A DNA stretch of 6,296 nucleotides, taken from the IMG/VR virus record IMGVR_UViG_2663762839_000014; one strand, 5' to 3'. This DNA comes from a virus (Duplodnaviria; Heunggongvirae; Uroviricota; Caudoviricetes). Below are positions 1 through 5,458 of this stretch, one piece after another. Numbering within the stretch: the stretch's first letter is position 1; each line of letters begins with the position of its first letter. The notes below the pieces were generated by a model that was not told where the DNA came from, ran no database searches, and saw nothing but the letters and a program-made list of their open reading frames with translations. The translations under genes were made by a program, and so were the position numbers.

Positions 1-624
<624 letters not shown>

Positions 625-670
625 TTATTCAGTCGATAGTAACCCGCCCTTCGGGGATAGCAAGCATTTT

Positions 671-720
671 TTGCAAAAAGGGGTAGATGCAATCGGTTAC
701 GCTCTGTATAATGCCGCGGC
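671..720 (+). promoter_or_regulatory. guaB promoter region: A/T-rich upstream tract, -10 TATAAT at 706..711, GC-rich discriminator GCCGCGGC at 712..719
   Basis: Perfect TATAAT hexamer 45 bp upstream of the guaB ATG, followed by a GC-rich discriminator typical of growth-rate-controlled promoters. The -35 is not confidently assignable by eye. GCAATCGGTTACGC (689..702) between the -35 and -10 positions is a weak candidate for the PurR operator described for guaBA; the match is imperfect. Confidence 0.6.
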
Positions 721-755
721 AATATTTATTAACCACTCTGGTCGAGATATTGCCC

Positions 756-2222
756 ATGCTACGTATCGCTAAAGAAGCTCTGACGTTTGACGACGTTCTC
801 CTCGTTCCTGCTCATTCTACCGTTCTGCCGAATACTGCTGACCTCAGCACCCAGCTGACGAAAACTATTCGTCTGAATATCCCTATGCTTTCCGCAGCAA
901 TGGATACCGTAACGGAAGCGCGCCTGGCTATTGCTCTGGCTCAGGAAGGCGGTATCGGCTTTATCCACAAAAACATGTCCATTGAACGCCAGGCAGAAGA
1001 AGTTCGCCGTGTGAAAAAACACGAATCTGGTGTGGTAACTGATCCGCAGACTGTTCTGCCAACCACGACGCTGCGCGAAGTGAAAGAACTGACCGAGCGT
1101 AACGGTTTTGCGGGCTATCCGGTCGTTACCGAAGAAAACGAACTGGTGGGTATTATCACCGGTCGTGACGTGCGTTTTGTTACCGACCTGAACCAGCCGG
1201 TTAGCGTTTACATGACGCCGAAAGAGCGTCTGGTCACCGTGCGTGAAGGTGAAGCCCGTGAAGTGGTGCTGGCAAAAATGCACGAAAAACGCGTTGAAAA
1301 AGCGCTGGTGGTTGATGACGAATTCCACCTGATCGGCATGATCACCGTGAAAGATTTCCAGAAAGCGGAACGTAAACCGAACGCCTGTAAAGACGAGCAA
1401 GGCCGTCTGCGTGTTGGTGCTGCAGTTGGCGCAGGTGCGGGTAACGAAGAGCGTGTTGACGCGCTGGTTGCCGCTGGCGTTGACGTTCTGCTGATCGACT
1501 CCTCCCACGGTCACTCAGAAGGCGTTTTGCAGCGTATCCGTGAAACCCGTGCTAAATATCCGGATCTGCAAATCATCGGCGGCAACGTGGCAACAGCTGC
1601 AGGTGCACGCGCTCTGGCAGAAGCTGGTTGCAGCGCGGTTAAAGTCGGTATCGGCCCTGGCTCTATCTGTACGACTCGTATCGTGACTGGCGTAGGTGTT
1701 CCGCAGATCACTGCCGTTGCTGACGCAGTTGAAGCGCTGGAAGGCACCGGCATTCCGGTTATCGCTGACGGCGGTATCCGTTTCTCTGGCGACATCGCCA
1801 AAGCTATCGCCGCTGGCGCAAGCGCGGTAATGGTGGGTTCCATGCTGGCAGGTACTGAAGAATCTCCGGGTGAAATTGAACTCTACCAGGGCCGTTCTTA
1901 CAAATCTTACCGTGGGATGGGCTCTCTGGGCGCGATGTCCAAAGGTTCCTCTGACCGTTATTTCCAGAGCGATAACGCTGCCGACAAACTGGTGCCGGAA
2001 GGTATCGAAGGTCGCGTAGCTTATAAAGGTCGCCTGAAAGAGATCATTCACCAGCAGATGGGCGGCCTGCGCTCCTGTATGGGTTTGACCGGCTGTGGTA
2101 CTATCGACGAACTGCGTACTAAAGCGGAGTTTGTACGTATCAGCAGTGCGGGCATTCAGGAAAGCCACGTTCACGACGTGACCATTACTAAAGAGTCCCC
2201 GAACTACCGTCTGGGCTCCTGA
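756..2222 (+). CDS. guaB: IMP dehydrogenase (488 aa)
   Basis: The six-frame ORF 687..2222 contains [23 protein letters not shown]... from the internal ATG at 756, matching E. coli GuaB as I recall it, including the catalytic-loop region [11 protein letters not shown] and the CBS-domain insert. The 23 codons upstream of 756 overlap the promoter and are rejected as the start. Confidence 0.97.
   Translation: MLRIAKEALTFDDVLLVPAHSTVLPNTADLSTQLTKTIRLNIPMLSAAMDTVTEARLAIALAQEGGIGFIHKNMSIERQAEEVRRVKKHESGVVTDPQTVLPTTTLREVKELTERNGFAGYPVVTEENELVGIITGRDVRFVTDLNQPVSVYMTPKERLVTVREGEAREVVLAKMHEKRVEKALVVDDEFHLIGMITVKDFQKAERKPNACKDEQGRLRVGAAVGAGAGNEERVDALVAAGVDVLLIDSSHGHSEGVLQRIRETRAKYPDLQIIGGNVATAAGARALAEAGCSAVKVGIGPGSICTTRIVTGVGVPQITAVADAVEALEGTGIPVIADGGIRFSGDIAKAIAAGASAVMVGSMLAGTEESPGEIELYQGRSYKSYRGMGSLGAMSKGSSDRYFQSDNAADKLVPEGIEGRVAYKGRLKEIIHQQMGGLRSCMGLTGCGTIDELRTKAEFVRISSAGIQESHVHDVTITKESPNYRLGS
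961..969 (+). promoter_or_regulatory. Consensus DnaA box (TTATCCACA) inside the guaB coding region
   Basis: Exact 9-mer TTATCCACA about 200 bp downstream of the guaB start. I recall literature on DnaA-dependent regulation of gua transcription through such a box, but a single 9-mer can also occur by chance. Confidence 0.5.
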
Positions 2223-2229
2223 TTCTCTT

Positions 2230-2250
2230 CGCCCGACTTCATGTCGGGCG
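2230..2250 (+). other. guaB-guaA intergenic stem-loop (CGCCCGAC-ttcat-GTCGGGCG)
   Basis: Perfect 8-bp inverted repeat with a 5-nt loop directly after the guaB stop, followed by an A/T-rich stretch rather than a clean U-run. Likely an intra-operon RNA structure (mRNA stability or partial termination). Confidence 0.5.
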
Positions 2251-2290
2251 ATTTATATTATCTGTTTCACTTGCCTCGGAATAAGCGTCA

Positions 2291-3868
2291 ATGACGGAAA
2301 ACATTCATAAGCATCGCATCCTCATTCTGGACTTCGGTTCTCAGTACACTCAACTGGTTGCGCGCCGCGTGCGTGAGCTGGGTGTTTACTGCGAACTGTG
2401 GGCGTGGGATGTGACAGAAGCACAAATTCGTGACTTCAATCCAAGCGGCATTATTCTTTCCGGCGGCCCGGAAAGTACTACTGAAGAAAACAGCCCGCGT
2501 GCGCCGCAGTATGTCTTTGAAGCAGGCGTACCGGTATTCGGCGTTTGCTATGGCATGCAGACCATGGCAATGCAGTTGGGCGGTCACGTTGAAGCCTCTA
2601 ACGAACGTGAATTTGGCTACGCGCAGGTTGAAGTCGTAAACGACAGCGCACTGGTTCGCGGTATCGAAGATGCGCTGACCGCAGACGGTAAACCGCTGCT
2701 CGATGTCTGGATGAGCCACGGCGATAAAGTTACCGCTATCCCGTCCGACTTCATCACCGTAGCCAGCACCGAAAGCTGCCCGTTTGCCATTATGGCTAAC
2801 GAAGAAAAACGCTTCTATGGCGTACAGTTCCACCCGGAAGTGACTCACACCCGCCAGGGTATGCGCATGCTGGAGCGTTTTGTGCGTGATATCTGCCAGT
2901 GTGAAGCCCTGTGGACGCCAGCGAAAATTATCGACGATGCTGTAGCTCGCATCCGCGAGCAGGTAGGCGACGATAAAGTCATCCTCGGCCTCTCTGGTGG
3001 TGTGGATTCCTCCGTAACCGCAATGCTGCTGCACCGCGCTATCGGTAAAAACCTGACTTGCGTATTCGTCGACAACGGCCTGCTGCGTCTCAACGAAGCA
3101 GAGCAGGTTCTGGATATGTTTGGCGATCACTTTGGTCTGAACATTGTTCACGTTCCGGCAGAAGATCGCTTCCTGTCAGCGCTGGCTGGCGAAAACGATC
3201 CGGAAGCAAAACGTAAAATCATCGGTCGCGTTTTCGTTGAAGTATTCGATGAAGAAGCGCTGAAACTGGAAGACGTGAAGTGGCTGGCACAGGGCACCAT
3301 CTACCCTGACGTTATCGAATCTGCGGCGTCTGCAACCGGTAAAGCACACGTCATCAAATCTCACCACAACGTGGGCGGCCTGCCGAAAGAGATGAAGATG
3401 GGCCTGGTTGAACCGCTGAAAGAGCTGTTCAAAGACGAAGTGCGTAAGATTGGTCTGGAGCTGGGCCTGCCATACGACATGCTCTACCGTCACCCGTTCC
3501 CGGGACCGGGCCTCGGCGTTCGTGTACTGGGCGAAGTGAAGAAAGAGTACTGTGACCTGCTGCGCCGTGCTGATGCCATCTTCATTGAAGAGCTGCGTAA
3601 AGCGGATCTGTACGACAAAGTCAGCCAGGCGTTCACTGTCTTCCTGCCGGTACGTTCTGTTGGCGTAATGGGCGATGGTCGTAAATACGACTGGGTTGTC
3701 TCTCTGCGTGCTGTCGAAACCATCGACTTCATGACCGCACACTGGGCGCACCTGCCGTACGATTTCCTCGGTCGCGTTTCCAACCGCATTATCAATGAAG
3801 TGAACGGTATTTCCCGCGTGGTGTATGACATCAGCGGCAAGCCGCCAGCTACCATTGAGTGGGAATGA
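2291..3868 (+). CDS. guaA: GMP synthase, glutamine-hydrolysing (525 aa)
   Basis: ORF 2291..3868 translates to [41 protein letters not shown]..., ending ...[10 protein letters not shown], matching E. coli GuaA. It contains the glutamine amidotransferase region (GVCYGMQ) and the ATP pyrophosphatase P-loop SGGVDSS. Confidence 0.97.
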
Positions 3869-3916
3869 TTAACAGCTAACTCATAGCAAATCATTCCTAT
3901 TCAGATGCCAACTCAA

Positions 3917-3947
3917 CCCTCTGTTTTTGCAGGGGGTTTTTGTTTTT
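3917..3947 (+). terminator. Rho-independent terminator of the guaBA operon
   Basis: CCCTCTG-tttttg-CAGGGGG forms a 7-bp stem with one G-U pair (3917..3936), followed immediately by TTTTTGTTTTT (3937..3947), about 50 bp after the guaA stop. Confidence 0.75.
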
Positions 3948-4003
3948 ATGTATTCATTTCTATTCACTCTATACCATATTTTTCGGCGGTACAGGTGACG
4001 GTA

Positions 4004-4018
4004 TTACCTTAAAGGTAT
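4004..4018 (+). promoter_or_regulatory. Dyad motif copy a: TTACC-ttAAA-GGTAt, upstream of the integrase stub
   Basis: One of three same-orientation copies of TTACC-nnAAA-GGTA(A); the others are at 4960..4974 and 5340..5354. It lies about 45 bp upstream of the integrase GTG start and overlaps a TATACT -10-like hexamer at 4016..4021. Confidence 0.4.
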
Positions 4019-4060
4019 ACTCTCATGCCGTCATGAAAATGGTTTCTATACGGGTGAATT

Positions 4061-4210
4061 GTGCTTACCGATACAAAATTAAAAAACCTCAAGCCGCAGG
4101 ACAAACTGTACAAAGTCTCCGATCGTGACGGGCTGTATGTGGCTGTGCTTACGTCAGGTACGGTCTCGTTTCGCTATGACTACCGTATCAACGGTCGCCG
4201 CGAAACACTG
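4061..4210 (+). pseudogene. Tyrosine recombinase (P4-family integrase) N-terminal stub, about 50 codons
   Basis: From the GTG at 4061 the translation is LTDTKLKNLKPQDKLYKVSDRDGLYVAVLTSGTVSFRYDYRINGRRETL, the conserved N-terminal arm-binding region of P4-like integrases. After about codon 50 the frame continues as unrelated sequence to a stop at 4276, and no catalytic domain is present in any frame. Confidence 0.7.
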
Positions 4211-4690
4211 GTAGCCGGGCTTCAGCGGGGCACTGTAGGTTTTGTTCTCTATCTTCATTGCCTGCATCACTGCTGACGCCGTGGCGTTGGCTACTTGGTC
4301 GGCAACCATCTTTATGCGTTCTTCCTGCGGGAGCGAGTTTTTAATGTAACTTCCGGTGCGGCGGATCTGAGGAAGAACCTCACCTGTAACCCATTTACGA
4401 AAGCGGTAGGGGATAGTGCCTGGTGTTACTGCATCGCGGCAGCGGAGGATCAGTGTGTAGAGGCCTGACTCGGAGATGATGATCGATTCTTGCTCACCGC
4501 CAGGGGTGTCGGTTGAAGCGACGCCCTTCTCATCATCATCAAGTTTTCGAACAGTATCTCGATGGTTTGCTATGCCTATAGCCCGACAAACATCTGAAGC
4601 GATAAACCATGGCTCACCATTAATGACGATTACTCGTATATCGGCTTGGGATTCGAAAGAAAAAATGGACGTGCTTTTTGTAGCTGTCAT
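4154..4690 (-). CDS. Bro-N domain protein (phage antirepressor-like), 178 aa; C-terminal ~19 codons read antisense through the integrase stub
   Basis: Residues about 10-115 (FSFESQADIRVIVINGEPWFIASDVCRAIGIANHRDTVRKLDDDEKG...IISESGLYTLILRCRDAV...FRKWVTGEVLPQIRRTGSY) match the Bro-N signature. RBS AAGG lies 8 nt upstream of the ATG at 4690. Confidence 0.75.
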   Translation of the reverse strand: MTATKSTSIFSFESQADIRVIVINGEPWFIASDVCRAIGIANHRDTVRKLDDDEKGVASTDTPGGEQESIIISESGLYTLILRCRDAVTPGTIPYRFRKWVTGEVLPQIRRTGSYIKNSLPQEERIKMVADQVANATASAVMQAMKIENKTYSAPLKPGYQCFAATVDTVVIAKRDRT

Positions 4691-4723
4691 AGTGGTTACC
4701 TTTTAGTCTGGTTAATCACCACT

Positions 4724-4739
4724 ACCGACGCCAATCGGT
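4724..4739 (-). other. Stem-loop ACCGA-cgccaa-TCGGT (plus-strand reading), sharing its loop with the hairpin at 4887..4904
   Basis: 5-bp perfect stem with a 6-nt loop. The 10-mer GACGCCAATC (4727..4736) is repeated exactly at 4891..4900. Lies in the presumed leader of the Bro-N gene. Confidence 0.3.
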
Positions 4740-4847
4740 TGGTGGTGAACTGCGCAGGGTTGGCGTAACCGGCTAAAAGGACCCGGCGCACCTTTCGGTG
4801 CCCCCACACAGCCCACCATAATACGAATGTGACCGTGCTATACGCAT

Positions 4848-4867
4848 AAAAAAACCGCTTGCGCGGT
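4848..4867 (-). terminator. Rho-independent terminator on the minus strand
   Basis: On the minus strand, ACCGC-gcaa-GCGGU (5-bp stem, GNRA-type loop; plus 4854..4867) is followed by seven U (plus A-run 4848..4854). Positioned to terminate transcripts coming from the 85-codon ORF or the candidate small RNA. Confidence 0.6.
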
Positions 4868-4886
4868 GAATGCGCCTTTTAGTAAT

Positions 4887-4904
4887 CCGGGACGCCAATC
4901 CCGG
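4887..4904 (-). other. Stem-loop CCGGGA-cgccaa-TCCCGG (plus-strand reading), sharing its loop with the hairpin at 4724..4739
   Basis: 6-bp perfect stem with the identical CGCCAA loop. Lies inside the candidate small RNA. Confidence 0.3.
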
Positions 4905-4959
4905 CACTGGCAAAATCCAGTGCCCGATTACTATGGCACAAGAGGAGTGCGATGTAAAT

Positions 4960-4974
4960 TTACCGCAAAGGTAA
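4960..4974 (+). promoter_or_regulatory. Dyad motif copy b: TTACC-gcAAA-GGTAA, overlapping the -10/+1 of the putative minus-strand promoter
   Basis: Perfect 7-bp arms with flanks (ATTTACC / GGTAAAT, 4958..4976). Same core and orientation as the copies at 4004 and 5340. Confidence 0.4.
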
Positions 4975-5002
4975 ATATAAGCACTCCACTTGGTAATTGC
5001 AA
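4974..5002 (-). promoter_or_regulatory. Putative sigma70 promoter on the minus strand (TTGCAA - 17 bp - TATATT)
   Basis: -35 at 5002..4997 and -10 at 4979..4974 with a 17-bp spacer, starting directly after the stop codon of the 85-codon ORF. Hexamer match only; a chance occurrence in AT-rich DNA is possible. Confidence 0.3.
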
Positions 5003-5005
5003 ACC

Positions 5006-5263
5006 TTATATGGTTTGTTTTCGTAATTGTTCGGCACAATAGTCGAGATGTGTTTGCAGATCCTGCATAGACATCTGTGAGCTGGTGACGTAGTTAATCA
5101 GTGCAGTCAGTTCGGCAAGTGGGCCATCGACATTAAATCCATCCTTATCGAGATCCCGGAGTAATTTCATCAAGTGCGATCCCTCCACCAGTGACCTGAC
5201 GCCTCCCGGCGTGTGAATCCTTTCGGTAAATCCGTCTTCCAGTGGATAGTGATACTGCTGCAT
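5006..5263 (-). CDS. Hypothetical 85-aa acidic protein, predicted SOS (LexA)-regulated
   Basis: ORF with ATG at 5263, SD GGAG 8 nt upstream (plus 5272..5275), and a near-consensus LexA box 20-40 bp upstream of the ATG. No family recognised from the sequence MQQYHYPLEDGFTERIHTPGG... Coding status is inferred from the RBS and box context only. Confidence 0.5.
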   Translation of the reverse strand: MQQYHYPLEDGFTERIHTPGGVRSLVEGSHLMKLLRDLDKDGFNVDGPLAELTALINYVTSSQMSMQDLQTHLDYCAEQLRKQTI

Positions 5264-5282
5264 CTTATCTTCTCCATGTAAT

Positions 5283-5302
5283 AACTGTATATTTATACAG
5301 TA
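5283..5302. promoter_or_regulatory. LexA (SOS) box AACTGTATATTTATACAGTA
   Basis: CTGT-N8-ACAG with an A/T-rich spacer; 18 of 20 positions match the E. coli consensus TACTGTATATATATACAGTA. It lies in the divergent region between the 85-codon ORF (minus) and the tailspike gene (plus), and overlaps a TATAAA -10-like hexamer in the minus orientation. Confidence 0.75.
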
Positions 5303-5303
5303 T

Positions 5304-5318
5304 CAAACAATTTGTTTG
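5304..5318. promoter_or_regulatory. 15-bp palindrome CAAACAA-t-TTGTTTG adjacent to the LexA box
   Basis: Perfect 7-bp inverted arms around a single central base, immediately next to the SOS box and over the expected -35/spacer region of the minus-strand promoter. Candidate operator for a dimeric regulator. Confidence 0.3.
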
Positions 5319-5339
5319 CTATCCAGCACGTTTTGCGAA

Positions 5340-5354
5340 TTACCTGAAAGGTAA
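5340..5354 (+). promoter_or_regulatory. Dyad motif copy c: TTACC-tgAAA-GGTAA, in the divergent regulatory region
   Basis: Perfect 6-bp arms with flanks (ATTACC / GGTAAT, 5339..5355). Same core and orientation as the copies at 4004 and 4960. Confidence 0.4.
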
Positions 5355-5458
5355 TGTCTATTCGTGTTCACAGTATTTCTATACATATATGGTTTTTAGG
5401 GTAATAGAATAACCAGATGTGCGGCGCAACGGGTGCTGCGACTATCTGGAGATTTAAC

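Larger units (their letters stand above)
4848..4967 (-). ncRNA. Candidate ~120-nt structured small RNA (minus strand)
   Basis: Bounded by a putative sigma70 promoter (-35 TTGCAA 5002..4997, 17-bp spacer, -10 TATATT 4979..4974) and the intrinsic terminator at 4848..4867. The interior has an outer 7-bp helix (4881..4887 with 4926..4932) enclosing two stem-loops (about 4887..4904 and 4903..4924) and a CU-rich 5' segment. No convincing ORF on this strand. Confidence 0.25.

Noticed and set aside
687-755. Upstream extension of guaB to the ATG at 687 ([23 protein letters not shown]...)
   Set aside because: The extension covers the -10 hexamer and discriminator of the guaB promoter and is not part of the conserved GuaB N-terminus (MLRIAKEAL...).
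759-2174. Three minus-strand ORFs (759..1514, 1511..1843, 1515..2174) of 110-251 aa
   Set aside because: They lie entirely antisense to guaB, whose identity is unambiguous, and their translations are low-complexity and Cys/His/Arg-rich, as expected for antisense frames of a GC-balanced gene.
2288-3894. Minus-strand ORFs 2288..3151, 2845..3093, 3176..3751, 3490..3894 and plus-strand alternative-frame ORF 2430..2639
   Set aside because: All overlap guaA in antisense or an alternative frame; no RBS or recognisable protein features.
3940-4128. Plus-strand 62-aa ORF
   Set aside because: It starts inside the gua terminator T-run, overlaps the integrase start in another frame, and has a hydrophobic, low-complexity translation; most likely spurious.
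4211-4276. Remaining 3' part of the integrase-frame ORF (VAGLQRGTVGFVLYLHCLHHC)
   Set aside because: It does not resemble integrase sequence and is fully antisense to the Bro-N gene; read as out-of-context sequence after the deletion junction.
4476-4706. Plus-strand 76-aa ORF
   Set aside because: Antisense to the well-supported Bro-N domain coding region.
4941-4957. Plus-strand Shine-Dalgarno (AGAGGAG) followed by ATG-TAA 'start-stop'
   Set aside because: No plus-strand gene or promoter context; more likely the complement of the CU-rich 5' segment of the candidate minus-strand small RNA than a translational element.
4773-5039. Minus-strand 88-aa ORF across the hairpin-rich intergenic region
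   Set aside because: It overlaps the 3' end of the 85-codon ORF, runs through the terminator and multiple stem-loops, has no RBS, and has a Cys/His/Arg-rich translation; the region is better explained as structured non-coding RNA.
5417-5458. Upstream ATG extending the tailspike ORF by 14 codons (MCGATGAATIWRFN)
   Set aside because: The ATG at 5459 has a well-spaced GGAG and begins the conserved-looking MTVSTE... N-terminus; the extension has no RBS.
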